Source of the DNA: the human T2T-CHM13v2.0 reference genome, Homo sapiens | Assembly: GCF_009914755.1 (NCBI RefSeq) | Contig: NC_060933.1 | Strand: one strand, 5' to 3' | DNA: 64,000 nucleotides | In this document: in pieces, positions 1 through 14,366 of the stretch | Position numbering within the stretch: position 1 is the stretch's first letter | Layout of the letters: each line of letters begins with the position of its first letter | Program-made: the position numbers and the translations under genes | The notes under the pieces: model-generated | What the model was told of the DNA's origin: nothing | Database searches by the model: none | Seen by the model: the letters and a program-made list of their open reading frames with translations, nothing else

Positions 1-210
1 GGCATATAGTACAGCTGAACTGGACCTTTAAAACCAGCCTGTCTGCCAGCTGAATACCACCAAGTCATCTCCATTGACACTACATGGGACTGAAGGATCA
101 CCCAATCAAACCCTGTCCACCAAATGTCTAACCCCAAAAATCATGAGATACAATAAAATGGTTGTTACATTTCCGAGTAGTTGATAACTCAGCAATAGTG
201 AACTAGAACA
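1..210 (+). mobile_element. MLT1-family (ERVL-MaLR) LTR, 3' part
   Basis: Typical MLT1 3' end: ...atcatgagatacaataaaatggttg...gcaatagtgaactagaaca. Confidence 0.7.
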
Positions 211-466
211 ATCACTTTTATTCCAATCCCTTTAATTCTTCCTCCTCCACCTGCCTGCTTACTGGAAATAGCCAGTCCTGAGTGTATTCTGATTTGAATC
301 CTGTTCTAATATTTCATTGTGCAAAATGTGATTTGAGGGTAATTTCATTTTATCTCCTTGAGCCTCCTTCCTTCCTTCTTTTTTTTCTCCCTTTCCTCCA
401 TAAGAATTTTCAGAGTGTTTTCATTGTATCAGATGCTAGATTGGGCATGGTCACTTTCCTCTATGT

Positions 467-689
467 CAGGGATTAGCAAAATTGTTTAAAAGACCAGAAA
501 GTACATAATTTAGGTGTGCAGACAAGTACCCAAATGTGCCGCTGAAGCATGAAAGCAGCTATAGATGTAAACAAATAGGTGTGGCTATATACTAATAGAT
601 GTTCATTCATCCAAATGAGTTTTGTATTCATTTACAAAAATCGGGAGTAGGTTAGATTGGGCACCCAGGCCATAGCTTGCTGACTCCTG
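467..689 (-). mobile_element. MER58A-like hAT-Charlie MITE
   Basis: TIRs caggga-ttagcaaa ... ttgctgactcctg; interior resembles the reverse MER58A consensus. Confidence 0.8.
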
Positions 690-1454
690 CTCTAAGTGCC
701 CAACACCTGGTTGGGAACATATGTATGTGTTCAGATGTCTTCCCAGGCCATATCTGGTACGTGGCAATGCTATTCAGTAGCTAGAGAAAGAGCCTCCAGC
801 CACCCCAATTCAAAAAGGACCTGGAATTTAAGTCAAGTCTTGGCTGACAGAGGAATGGATGTTCATACTTGGAGATGGAGGTGCAGAGGCATGTAGTCCC
901 AGAGCGCAAACAGGGATGTCAAAGCAGCGCAGGGAGCTGGAGATGAGGATGGGCTGAGCAGAAAAGTGAGAGATCAGGCAGAAATGCTAGAGAGCCTTAT
1001 TTTCTAAAATTGACAGAATGCTTCTTCTGCTCACTCATTTTTCTCTCCAAGGAGTTGAAGGACAAATCTGATAAGGTAAAAATGGCTGTGAGCTCTGCAG
1101 ATGCCTGCCAGGTATTACTGAAGCTATCATCTTTCCTTTTCAGAAAAATAGCTCCTTAAAGTAGATGTCTTCGGAACACAATGTAAAACCTCTTCCCCTC
1201 CCTCTAGCATAGCAGGAATTCACAGGAGGGAACCAGAATAGCATGTCATGTTCTAACAGCTCTTCCAGCAGTGAGACTAAATACACATAAACTCTTCTAA
1301 ATTTGTATCTGCTGCAAACATGAACAATGACATCTTGTCATTCTGCTACGAGGTTCATCTGGACAAATTATATGCAGCGAAGGACACACTCCATCACTTT
1401 CCTGACTTTTTCAACTTCAACATCAGACCTTCATGTCCCGAAAATATCTCTGGC

Positions 1455-1584
1455 TTCCCTTTTATTCTTCTTTAATTGATAGCACTGTCATGAAGTCAGT
1501 GAATCCAGATTGAGAGAGAAATAGAAAATTTAGAGGAGATAAAATGCAAGTTTTTCTGATTATCTCGGCTTTGACTCTTCAAAT
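1455..1584 (+). repeat. Inverted repeat arm 1 (partner 2625-2753)
   Basis: Reverse complement of 2625-2753, ~16 differences in ~130 nt by manual alignment. Confidence 0.95.
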
Positions 1585-2273
1585 CAGCACAGTTTATCTC
1601 AGTTAAAGGGGTTTATTTGAAGGCTATCCATGGCAAAAAAGAAGGAAAAACATCTTTTCAGAAGCTGCAAAGCCAGAGAATCTCACGAAGAACTAATGAA
1701 GTGGAGGGTAGAGCAGTGGCTTTAAACCTGCAGCCAAAGTTCTGGAATCTCAAAAGCAAGTGAGCTATGGTCCTGACTCGGTTCCTCCATCCACCTGCTT
1801 CCTCTCCTGACCCTTCTCCCTGCTTCTTTTGATGGGTCAGTTTGTCTTATTGTTTTCTTACTGTCTTCTTCCTTCATGTCTTTTGGTTTCTACTCCCACT
1901 GCCAACTCTTCACTCTCTCTTTCTAGCTCTCTCATTCAAACTTCATATGAGAAAGGATATGAGCACAATAGTCAATCCTATCAGAGTAGAACATACTGGT
2001 GGGAGGAATGGTGCAGGACTGGCTAACCTATAGGCCATAGCGTAGGAGCAGCACTCATCCTCGGTTCCATCAGCTGAGGCTGGGGGTGCAGGTCAGGAGA
2101 CACAAAGCCTGATGGCTTACACGGCTTTCCTCATGGACTCTTCTTCACACCACAGCCCAATATACCCATGCCCCACTGTCAAGCCATGGGCACCAACAGC
2201 CAATGCTCTGGGACCTACCTCTCTTGCCCCCCTTCTGATCCTGAGCCCACCAGTTACCTGACTGAATCCTCTC

Positions 2274-2753
<480 letters not shown>

Positions 2754-2919
2754 TCTTTATCATGATTCTATTCCTAACTACTTGTATATCTGTCTCTCCA
2801 GCTTCTGACTCTTCAATACCCTCCAAAGGCTTTGACTCAGGTGTACTCTGCCAACTCTCTCCGTTGCACATTGCCTCTGAAGTAAACCCTGACCCAGTGA
2901 ATCCAATGGGAGAGAAGAG

Positions 2920-3640
2920 CACAGGCTGAGCTGTTGTCAAAGAAAGGCCCCCAAAGTACAGAGACTTAAGTAAACATGAGCTTGTATCTCTCTCAAGTAA
3001 TAGTGCAGAGGGAAGTATATCGTGAACATGGCTTCTGTCTCTGGGTCCAACGTGGCTGCTCCCAGCTAATGCCTTTTGTCAGCCAAAAGAAAGAGGGGAA
3101 ATAAAAAAGGGGAGCACACACTCTTGCAAAAGGGAAAACCCAGCAATTGCTCGTGTTACTTCTGCTCTCATCTGACAAAAATGTCCTGGTGGCCGGGTGC
3201 AGTGGCTCATGCCTGTAATTCCAGCATTTTGGGAGGTTGAGACAGGAGGATGCCTTGAAGCCAGGAGTTCAAGACAAGCCTGGGCAACAAAGTGAGACCC
3301 CCATCTCTACAAAAAAAAAAAAAAAAAAAATTGCCAGGTCTGGTGGTGCACACCTGTAACCCTAGCTTCTCAAAAGGCTGAAGTAGGAGGATCACTTGTG
3401 CCCAGGAGGTTGAGGCTGCAGTGAGCTGAGATTGTGCCACTGCACTCTAGCCTGGGAAACAGAGCAAAACCCTGTCTCAAATTTGTCCTGGTCACATGCC
3501 CCACCTAGCCTCTAAAAAGGCTGAGAAATGTAGACAGACATGGGCAGACATGCCTTTCTAAAACTTGGAGTGGGGTGGGTGGTTAGATCATTCAATTAAC
3601 GAAAGAGAATAGATCCTATGGAACGATTAGGGGGCTCTGC
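2920..3640 (-). mobile_element. Old MLT1-type LTR remnant interrupted by an Alu
   Basis: Degenerate MLT1-like motifs (aggctgagctgttg...gacttaagtaaaca...; cacatgccccacctag...ggctgagaaatgtag). Confidence 0.5.
3191..3480 (+). mobile_element. AluJ-like
   Basis: ggccgggtgcagtggctc... dimer; TSD aaa(a/t)tgtcctggt on both sides. Confidence 0.95.
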
Positions 3641-3666
3641 CACAGGACAACTTATGGCTGAAGTCC

Positions 3667-3843
3667 ATGGGCTGATCCAGATTTGATGGGACTAAAGTTT
3701 CTGCAACTCCTGGGGTCCTCTTTAAGATACAGAATGCAAACTGAAAACCACAAAATTACAAATACAAGGCCTTTGAAGGGGCTCATGCTAGCGAGGGGCC
3801 AGGAAACTTAAGCTTTATTAGCTTCGTGATAATAGCACCTCTG
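3667..3843 (-). mobile_element. MER53-like hAT MITE
   Basis: ...gaggggccaggaaacttaagctttattagcttcgtgataa...cctctg matches the reverse MER53 5' end. Confidence 0.7.
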
Positions 3844-4790
3844 CTTGGATTTGCTAATCAATGTCCGAATCACGTTCTTCTCACTCCCACAAAAGGTAGT
3901 TTAGACCATTTTATAGGGTGGATTTTGTAAACTTTCAAGGTCAGTGCCAAATGTGGCAGCAACATTTTGCTAAATGATAGTAAAACAAAACAAAACAAGT
4001 CTTAAATTTCCTCTTCCTGATGTTTTCACTGTAGTTCTTAACCATGCAATGCTGTTTGCTGGTGGGCTGTCCCCAGCAAGGGCTGAAAAATGCTGCCTCT
4101 AATGGTGTAACTGCGTTATAGTCATACAACCTGCTGCTGTGATTTCTCCTTGGGTGCAGCCTACTTCCCAGCCCCTGATTGGTGGACAGACCCCCTTATT
4201 TATGGGCAATTTTTCTGTACGGACAAGATAGCACAAGAAGCCCGTCTGGCAGCTGCTCATGGAAACTCTTGCTGTGTCTTCATTTTCATATCAGTAAGCA
4301 CGCTGTAGGAGACGAAGAGCAGACTGAGGACTATGGCATTATCCTATGCACAGTCAATCAAGACCAGGCTAATTAGATTTTTCAGGTGCTTGGACTCTGT
4401 GGGACCACATATTACACAAATACATAGATAAACATTCCCATCCACGAGGACCAAAGAATTGTTGAAGATGGCTGCAAAATAAGTCTCTAGCAAAGGCTTC
4501 ATTCAATTATCTGGCTTATGCATTCTTTCCCTCTCTTTTAGGAAACATAATGAAACCTCAATACAATTGAAGTGCTTGGACTTGTGTATTATTAATGAGT
4601 TTCACCCGGTATAGCAGTGTTCCCCCCAAAATGAAAATCTGAAAACATACATACCTGAGGTTAGATAAAATCAAATATATAAATACTAGTACATTTTGGA
4701 AAATATTTAAGAATAGTTTGCTGCGAGGGATAATGATTGCTATGCATATCTATGTTCATGCCATCCCTCAACTACATTTAATCTCTCTAA

Positions 4791-5107
<317 letters not shown>

Positions 5108-5359
5108 TGACTTTATATTAGAAACAAAATTATGTTCTTCATTCATTAAAGCTAGAGCCTACTCTGGCTACTGAGAAGCCATTGGTCTGATGATGAGCAT
5201 ATGGCTCACACATAGGCAATCCTGCTTCCAATGGCCTTAGCATACCCCTGAAGGCTACACCGATATCTGTGTATCTAGGAGCATTATGGTTTCATGATTC
5301 TTTCACTTTGAAGATGGACACCTGGGTACTTCATCAGCATGTCATCTTATGCCTTGCAT

Positions 5360-6332
5360 GGATTTTCCTCAGGGACCTGTCCTTAGTCCTTTCCTCCTCC
5401 TCTTTCACTTAACATTCATGTGTTGATTTCCTGTACTTTATCTCCAACTCAGAGTTCTTTTTTTTCCTCTCTGAATTTTGAATAGATTCTATGGGATAAC
5501 TCCACTAGCATACCAGTGCTACAATCTCAATAGTTTCCAAATACGAAGTCATTCTCTTACCCCTCTGGCCTTTGTCTCTCATATTCCATATCTATATGAA
5601 TGGCTCTGTCATTCTACCAGTCTGGGAACCAAACTTAACCCTTCCCGCTTTTTTATCTTTATCTTTATGTTCAATTAGTCACTTTGCTGTTTAATTCTTC
5701 CCCACTAACTTTTCTCACATCCCCTAATGTTCATTCTCCACTGTAGAGATCTCTAGCTAGAATTCCATTATCTCTCACCTAGATAGATGACTGAACAGCT
5801 CTCTTGTCTCCCTGCTTCTCACTCCCAGAGTGATTTTTTAAAAGACATGTTACTGCCTTGTCTAAAATCCTTCACAACTGGGGAGTTTATCCTCATCTTT
5901 TAGGATAAAGCCAAAGGTTCTTAGCATGGCAAAAAATGCCCTTCATCTTCTGTCTCTTGTTTACCTATTTGGCAAAATCAAGCTACGTCATAGCTCAGAA
6001 AAGTCAATAATCTTTTTGTTTTCTGGAAATGTAGGTGCCTGTCTCTTCTTCACTTGGAAGGCACTATCACTATCACCACCTCCAAGACATTTGCTGTCGC
6101 CCTACCACACTGGGTTTGGTGTTTTTCTCTGTGCTCTCATAATCCTTGAGTCTTCCTGTTCCATGGTTTCTGTCACAATGCGTGTTCTTATTTGAGTCCC
6201 CTGCACTTACACTAAACCCCTGAACACACTTGCTCATATCAGAAATAGACACTAGCCTTCTTTGTGTTGACCACATCTTAGCATGATACTTATTCATAAA
6301 AGGCACTCAAGAAATGCCTGTTAAATGAGTGG
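5360..6332 (+). mobile_element. L2 LINE 3' remnant
   Basis: cctcagggacctgtccttagtcc... ending in the L2 tail motif ggcactcaagaaatgcctgttaaatgagt. Confidence 0.65.
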
Positions 6333-6354
6333 ATTTTGCAGAAGAGAATCATGG

Positions 6355-6582
6355 ACAGATGCTCCTTGACTTATGACAGGTTTATGTCTCAATAAACATA
6401 TCATAAATTGAAAATACTGTAAGTGAAAACACACATGACTTATGACATTTTCAATTTGCAATGTATTTCTCTGGACATAACCTCATAAGTTGAGCAGTGT
6501 ATTATTTAATGGGTATTGCTTTCACACCAGCCTAAAATCAAAAAATTGTAAGTAGATCCATCATAAGTCAGGGGTTGTCTAT
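6355..6582 (+). mobile_element. MER47-family (TcMar-Tigger) MITE
   Basis: TIR cagatgctccttgacttatg ... cataagtcaggggttgtct; internal inverted copy of the terminal region. Confidence 0.75.
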
Positions 6583-6739
6583 ATTAGATAGATGATTGGA
6601 ATTGATGGCTAGAAATTTCAAGAAATTATGCATATAAAATTCACTGGGAAGATTCTGTTCTATTGTTTAAGGTATCATTCTCATACTCTCAAGTCCTAGT
6701 TTCTTATCCCTCAAACAATAAATGCTCAGTGAATAGTTC

Positions 6740-8100
6740 AATGAACTATGTAGCACACTGAGAAGGCATAGAATGTAAAATTGTCTACAGCACTCTCTCC
6801 ACCCTCAAGAATCTCACAGCCCAGGTTAGAGACATGAATAATAACAAATAATTATATTACAATGAGACAATAGCTAAGTAATACAGTTAATATGGGAAAC
6901 CAAAGAAGGAATCCTTATTTTTTAGGGAAAGAAATGAGGAAGAGGTCATATTTGAATCTTGAAGACTAGGTTGGAGTTTACTGGGATAAGGGATTTGGGT
7001 CCCAGCTGAGGAGTACATGACACAGAGGAAAATCAATTCCCACATTTGGAATATGACTAAAGTCAAGGACATGGGGGTGGGAGAGCTCAGCTGGGACAAC
7101 CCTGAATGGTAATGCAGGTTATGCCAATTAGTTTGGACTTTGCCTTTTAGGAGATGAGGAATCATTGAATGGTTTTGAACAAGTTTAATCCAATCTTCAT
7201 TACTGAGGAAGCTTTTGAGTGGCTATATGAAAGATTTTAGAATGAGAAACAAGAGGCAGCAGTAAGAATGAGGAGACTATTGTATTCCAGGCTAGAGATT
7301 ACTGGAGGCAGCATATCCTAGTGGTTATGTATGTGGACTCCTGCATTCAAATCCCAGCTGTGTTTGTTACTGGCTTGGGCAAGTTACCCAACTTCTCTGT
7401 GCCTCAATGTCCTCATCTGAAAATGGGGATTATAATAATAATTGATGAGATTGGCTGCATACGATTAAATGAAAAGGTACATAAGGTGCTTAGAACAGTA
7501 CTCACCTAAAAATAAAAACATTTACTTTTTGTATCCTATGAGAGTCTGAACCGAAGAAAAGGATGTAGCATGGAGGAGACATGTCCAAGAAATATTTAGC
7601 AACTAAAATGGAAAGCATTTGGAGTACGATAGAATATGGGAGTAATTAAGATGGAGAAGTCCTAGATGATCCCTTCTTTCTGGCTTGAATATCTGGGTGA
7701 GTGATGGTACCCTCCCCAGGAGGAAGAGCAGAGATTTTTTTTGAAGGTCAGGGGTTATTAGTGTGTTTGATTTTGTAAATACTGAATCCAAATCACTTGC
7801 AGCACATTCAGGAGGATTTATCAAATAGGCTGTTGGGAATACAGATCTGTGGTTCTGAGGAGAGCTCTTCCAGGCAGAAGAAGGAAATGTAGGTTCCATC
7901 TGTCTCCAGGTGAGGATTGAAGCTATGAAAGTGTGGTTTCATAAACTAGATGGTTTAAGGAGACAATATAAACTGAGAAGGGAGTTGAGAGCAGGACTCT
8001 GGGGTACACTGACACCAAACCTGTAGCTGGGGTAAAAGGCCCCAGAGAAGGAGACTGAGCAAGATGAAACAGGAACAAGAAAAGCATCACAGCAGAATAA
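6740..8100 (-). mobile_element. L2 remnants (antisense) with a MIR at ~7310-7510
   Basis: Antisense L2 motifs (gttttgaacaag, ggcttgaatatctggg, gcaggactctgggg); MIR core ttgggcaagttacccaacttctctgtgcctcaatgtcctcatctgaaaatgggga. Confidence 0.65.
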
Positions 8101-8946
8101 ATTAAAGAACGGGTGAGACCACCTGTTGCTTAGCAAGGGCATGAAGAGTAGATGCCTGATAATATACTGTACCAGAGCAGTGACTCCCAATTTCAAATTT
8201 TATGAAAATGCTTATTTGCTGCAGGCTGTTTTGTTGAGTCCAGTCTCAAATCTTTCTAGCTACAGATTTGTACTAATTTGCATGGATAGATTGTATCCTA
8301 GAAACAAAGCAAATCTATGATATTGTAGCTGCAATCATTTAATTTTCCATTCCAGAAAGCAGGTTGTAGATAATTTGGTTTTCTAGCAAATGCTTATTCT
8401 TTGTTAAATCAAGAGCTAAAACACCTATGAAGATTAAATCTTCAAAAGTGCAATTATACAAATGATGGAGAAGGAGCCATGTGATTCTTTGGTTTAACTT
8501 TTTAATAGTTCAGAAATTCCCCAGTGCAATTCATTTGAGCCAACACTTAGTCTAATACACAGGAAAAAATATGTATCAATAGGTGATACTTTCTCACAAG
8601 GAAATCAGCGATCCCATAGAATTCTCATAATTAGAAATTATCCTTCTTAGGGTTTAATAGAAGGTGGAATCAGAAATTCTCCACATAGAAATGCATCTAC
8701 CAAGAATTCTAAGATTTTAAGAAATTGCAATTTAATGTTGGAACATGCACAGTGAACCTGTGTGTATAATTTTGACTTTCATTTACTCACAATACATATA
8801 TTGAAATACTGCTTTCACCAGGCACTATCAGAGTTCAGGGCAAACTATAGCATGCAAGACTGATAACTCCATGCCTTTATGGAGCTCAGCCTGCTGCAAG
8901 GACAGCAACTCCAGAAACAAATAGAAAAACAAACAAAGATTGTTTT

Positions 8947-9004
8947 AATCTGTAATAAATGTTGTGATGGAAACAAATCTGTAATAAACATTGTGATGGA
9001 AACA
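8947..9004. repeat. 29-bp tandem duplication
   Basis: aatctgtaataaaTGttgtgatggaaaca / aatctgtaataaaCAttgtgatggaaaca. Confidence 0.95.
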
Positions 9005-9369
9005 AGGGGCTAAGTAAGAGAATTACAGAGAAAGCTTATTTTAGTAAGGATGGTTGAAATGGAGCCTTTCTTAGGAGGTGACATTCTAATTAAAACATAA
9101 GAAGGAAGTAAACCCTGGAAAGAATGAGTGAAAAGATTCCAGGAAGTGGTAACAGCATATGTAAAACCCTGTTTGGCAATTCAAGAAACAGACCAGTGTG
9201 GATAAGATTTAGCCCATTGCAGGGACTGAGCAGGGTAATAGGAAAAGGGGGTCGTAGAGGGGAGATTGCTGAGAAATCATGGTAAAGATTTGAATGTTTC
9301 CCTAAATGCAATGGGGAGGGTTTACACGGGGAGGAATAGGGCTTAATGTTTTAAGAACTTTATCATTCA

Positions 9370-9734
9370 CTGGGTGCGATGCTCATACCTGTAATCCCAG
9401 CACTTTGGGAGGCCAAGGTGGGCAGATCACTTGAGCTCAGGAATTCGAGACTAGCCTGGGCAACATGCTGAAACCCCACCTCTACAAAAAATACAAAAAT
9501 TACCCGAGTGTGGTGGCATGCACCTGTGGTCCCAGCTACTCGACAGGATGAGGTGGGAAGATCTGGGAGCTTGGGAGATCAAGGCTGCAGTGAGCTGTGA
9601 TCACACCACTGCACTCCAGCCTGGGAGACAGGCAAGACTCTGCTCAAAAGAAGAAAGAAGAGAAGGAGGAGGAAGAGGAGAAGAAGGAGGAGAAGGAGAA
9701 GGAGAAGAAGGAGGAGGAGGAGGAGGAGGAGAAG
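9370..9734 (+). mobile_element. AluJ-like element with a GAA/GAG polypurine tail (9646-9734)
   Basis: Alu dimer followed by ~89 nt of pure A/G. Confidence 0.95.
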
Positions 9735-10251
9735 TTGTTATTTCAGAAGTTGTGTCTAATTGCTTCTCAGAGGAGAATGGATTGGAAGTAGGGCAAAAAT
9801 GGAAGAAAATAGTTCAATTAGGGGGCTGTTACAGGAGTCCAGGCAAGAGATCATGATGGCCAAGACTGAGATGAAACAGTGGGAATATAGAGAAGAGAAT
9901 GGCTTAAACAGATATTTTGGAGATGCAATTGATAGGACTTGTTGTGGAATAGATGTGTGGGAATGATGAAAGTGTAGAATCAAGGAATGAAGAGTGACTC
10001 CCAGAATTCTGTCTTAATTAGGATGGTTACTTAATTAATGGAAGGTGATGCCATTTATAGAGATGCAAAGTGACAAGAGACACGATGGGGAGCAGATTGC
10101 TCAAGCTGTGTTTGATCTATCTGTGTGACATCAAGGGGAGATGCTGAGAAGACGGTTGGTGGAGTGAGTCTGGAGTTCAGAGGGAAAGTAACTCTAGGAA
10201 TGAAAATCCCCAACTTACATTTTTGGGCAAACAGAGTCCCTGGTGGAAAAC

Positions 10252-10544
10252 TATTTATTTATTTATTTATTTATTTTTAACTTTTGAGATAGGGTCTCAC
10301 TCTGTAATCCAGGCTGAAGTGCAGTGGAGTGATTATGGCTCACTGCAGCCTCAACCTCCTGGAATCCAGCGATCCTACCAGCTCAGCCTCCTGAGTAGCT
10401 GGGACTACAGGTGCGTGCCACCATGCTTAGTTAATATTGTTTGCTTTTTATAGAGTTGGGGTCCCGAACTCCTGGCTTCAAGCAATTTCTCCTGACTCAG
10501 CCTCCCAAAGTGCTGAGATTACAAGCATGATTCACTGCACCCAG
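10252..10544 (-). mobile_element. AluJ-like
   Basis: Antisense Alu with (TTTA)n tail; TSD ctggtg(g)aaaa. Confidence 0.9.
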
Positions 10545-10964
10545 CATCTGGTGAAAAATTTATTCCAAACTATGCTCTTTATGTGTCCCATTTGCAGAAG
10601 CAGTTTAGCTTTATAAAGAAAGTTTCCCCTGCCCAACTTTTAGAGCCACATGGAATCCCTTAGTCATGTTGACAATACCTGTAAGGATGAAAGGGGAGTC
10701 AGTCCATTATCAGAAACAAATGGCAATTGTATGTGGAATCCAGGCAATGGAATCAAGCATTTATTTTTCCCAACGTATCATCCTATCAGCTTGCCCAGTG
10801 TGTATCTAGAGTGGGTATTAGGACACCCTCTTCTCTCTGATCTTCATCTTTCTTCTTTTTCCCTCCTCATCACCTTTGTTTATTCCTCTCCATGAACCTG
10901 GCCCCATCCCAGAGGTCCAAAGTCTCTAAGCGTCATGTAGAGGCTTCTATTATGTATTTCTACA

Positions 10965-11120
10965 CTGGTGCTTTGTCAACATTAGTGTGCACACAAATCA
11001 CCTGTGGATTTCATTAAAATGCAGACTTTGATTCAGTAGGTCTGGGCTGGGGCCTGAGACTCCGCATTTCTAGTAAATTTCTAGGTGATGCTGAGGCTGC
11101 TGGTCCAGGGACCACATCTA
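10965..11120. mobile_element. MER5-family hAT MITE
   Basis: aaatcacctg...aaaatgcagactttgattcagtaggtctgggctggggcctgagactccgcatttcta...ggtgatgctg. Confidence 0.8.
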
Positions 11121-11735
11121 CAAATGGTAGCCACGTCTCAGAGCATAATTTTCATGGCTTATACCAATAGAAGTGTAATTTTAACTTATTTCTTTGTAGA
11201 AGTGAATAAATGGACCAGGCTAGGAAAGAAGGAATCAATATGAGAGAAGAAAATCTCATCCTGACACCTGTATTTGAGCCTCTTTTCTTCACATTTGGTC
11301 CTCAAAAAGGCGTTAGAATGAAAAATAATCTTTAGAATCTAAACTCCAAAAGATCACACACCTGATTAATAAAATGCTTTTCATAACTTGAAAGGTTATT
11401 TGAATGTGTCCATGTGGACCAGACCTGGGTTAAATGTTCACGCTGTCCAGATCCTGCAATGCATCATGGGCTGTAGGGGCAAGATTCTTTCCTCGCATGC
11501 CCCCAACTGGTGACAGGTGGTTATGAACCTAATTAGCAGCTAAGAGCACTAGGCACTGCTTTGAAACTTCTCATACCTTATATTGGTCAGATATTTACTC
11601 TTGTTCTTGACTAGTTTGGGTGGGAGATTCAGTCCATCAGAAAGAGAGCTTCCTCATTTCTGAACTGCTAAGTTGGGAAGGCTGCACCTCCATCAACCCA
11701 AGTAAGAGAGGCTCACCTTCAAAAGTGCATTGATG

Positions 11736-12047
11736 GGCCAGATGCAGTGGCTCACACCTGTAGTCCCAGCACTTTGGGAGGCCGAGGTGGGCTGGTCTCT
11801 TGAGGCTGGGAGTTCAAGACCAGCCTGGCCAACATGGTGAAACCCTGTCTCTACTAAAAATACAAAAATTAGCCATGCTTGGTGGCACATGCCTGTAATC
11901 CCAGCTACTACTTGGGAGGCTAAGGCACGTGAATCACTTGAGCCCAGAAGGCAGAGGTTGCAGTGAGCCAAGATCACACCATTGTACTCCAGCCTGGCCA
12001 ACAGAGTGAGACTCTGTCAAAAACAAAAAAAGAAAAATGAAAAAAAG
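11736..12047 (+). mobile_element. AluS-like
   Basis: Full dimer; TSD aaaagt(g/a)catt. Confidence 0.95.
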
Positions 12048-12794
12048 TACATTATTGGAATGGCTCTAACAGTCCTATAAACAAAATTTTGAGAAAGGAA
12101 ATGGATTTTACAAGAATGCAGTTAGGGTTCTCTGTTACATTTAGTGACAAATATTGTTATTGTTTTCAGCATATAGCTTAGATAGTAGGTGCTAGCTGAC
12201 TGGCTGGCTGAGTGAGTGAATAAACTTGGCATGAGTTGGGAGGCAGGCTGGTATCATCCAAGGCAGCTGTACTTTAGAGGCAGACAGGCTTTGCCACACT
12301 GGGATTCTCGGACCCTCTGCTTTTGCATCTGTAATGCCAGAACAATGATATCTCTCTGGGAGGGTGGACTGAAGATTGGAGATAATGCATGGAAGCATCT
12401 GGCTAACTAATTAGCATGGATAATTTGATTGCTTTTTGATGGATAATTGATGGATAATTTGATTGATTTTTATTATCATCATCTCAGGCTCCTTACTTGG
12501 CTCCTTGGGCTGTCATCCATCCCCTAAATCGCCCAATTGGGGCTTCATCCTGCCCCCTCCTGTCGCCATCTGGTCATTCATCTGCTAGGCTGAGTGGTTT
12601 CACTCATCACCACCAATCCCTGCCGACCCTTCACCCCAGCCTGCAAAGCCACTTCCATCCTTCAGACCCTCCAACTTCCCTACCATTCCTCCAAGTAATC
12701 CAGATTTTGGGATAGTTCCTTCCTGTCTAGCACTCTTTTGTCTTCTTTCTTTGCCTTCTCATCTCTCAACTATAGGTGATATTTGTGAGGTAGT

Positions 12795-12990
12795 AAAAAT
12801 ATAAAAATCAGCTGGATGTGGTGGCGCCTATAATCCCATCTACTCGGGAGGCTGAGGTGGGAGGATCACTTGAACCTAGGAGGCAGAGGTTGCAGTCAGT
12901 CAAGACCGTGCCACTGCACTGCAGCCTGGGTGACAGAATGAGACTCTGTTTGAAAACAACAACGACAACAACAACAAAAAAGAAAACAGA
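12795..12990 (+). mobile_element. Alu right monomer (5'-truncated) with (CAA)n tail
   Basis: aaaaatataaaaatcagctggatgtggtggcgcc...gagactctg. Confidence 0.9.
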
Positions 12991-14111
12991 GGAACAAATT
13001 TGAGAACTCACGGTGCCTGATTTCAAGAATTACTATAAAGCCACAGAAATCAAGACAGTGTGATACTGAGAAAAATATAACATATAGATTAATAAAACAG
13101 AACAGAGAGCCCAGAAATTGACCCACACATAGGTGGTTACTTGATTTTTGACAAAGATACGAATGAGGTAGAAAAATAAGTCTTTCAATAAATGGTATTG
13201 GAACAACTGGACATTCATATGCTAAAAAAAGAGAACTTCAACTTATATCCTGTATTGTATAATACAAAATAGTTAACAGTTAACTAAAAATGCATCGTAG
13301 ACTATCATAGGCCTAAATGCAAGAAGTTTCAACCATAAAAATTCTAGAAGATACCATAGAAAAAAAATGTGCAAAGATTTAAGCAAATACTTAAATCTTT
13401 GGCTTAAGCAAAGTTTTCTTAGATATGTCACTAGAAATATGATTTATAAAAGCACACACTGATAAATTTAGCTTTATAAAAATTTAAAATTTCTGCTCTG
13501 CAAAAGACACTTCAGAAAATGAAAAGACAAGCTACAGACTGGTGGAAAATATTTGCAAATATTTTCCTACATAAATGACTTGTGTCCAACAAATGACTTG
13601 TATCCGTAATATATAAAGAGCCCACAAAGCTCAATAAGAGAATCCAATTTTTAAATGGCCAAAAGATTTGAACAGACACTTTATCAAAGAGGATATATAT
13701 GGAGAAAAATACATAAAAAGATGCTTCTCATAATTATTCATTAGGAAAATGTAAGTTAAAACTATGATGAGATACAATTTTGTATCCACCAGATATATAA
13801 GTCTGACAATTCCAATGGTACAGAAGATGTGGAAACCGAAACTCTCAAGCACTGTTATTGATAGCAGTATAAATTGAAACAATTTCTTTAGCATGCAATT
13901 TGGCACTATCTAGTTAGGTTGAAGATTCACATAATCCATGACCCTGCAATTCTACTTCTAGATAGAGAATAATTCTTGCACATGTGCACAAAGAATGAAT
14001 ACAAGAATACTAGGTACAGCATTTTGTGGTAATGGAGGAACAATGTAGAAAATGTCCATGAACAGGAGAATAGACAAATTGTGGTATATTCATACAATGC
14101 ATGCTACACAG

Positions 14112-14337
14112 CAAGGGTTAGCAAACTATAGCCCATGGGTCAAATCCAGCCCATTACCTATATGTATAAATAAACTTTTATTGAAACCCAGCCACACTTG
14201 TATTCACTGATGTATTGTCTGTATAACTGCTTTCGTGTTACAACAGCATTGTTCAATAGTTGCAAGAAACCATATGACACACAGAGCCTAAAATATTTAA
14301 TGCCTGGCCTTTAATAAGAAAAGTTTGCTGACCCCTG
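14112..14337 (+). mobile_element. MER58A
   Basis: caagggttagcaaactatagccc ... aaagtttgctgacccctg. Confidence 0.85.
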
Positions 14338-14366
14338 ATCCATAGCAAAACAAAAAAAGTAAATCA

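Larger units (their letters stand above)
8780..10200 (-). mobile_element. L2 remnant (antisense) interrupted by an Alu
   Basis: ttcatttactcacaatacatatattg...ccaggcact..., gagtctggagttcagagg. Confidence 0.65.

Noticed and set aside
6355-6500. Hairpin as a possible miRNA precursor
   Set aside because: Explained by the internal inverted structure of a MER47/Tigger MITE; no expression evidence.
9518-9856. Glu/Lys- or Gly-rich ORFs
   Set aside because: Translation of an Alu plus its purine tail.
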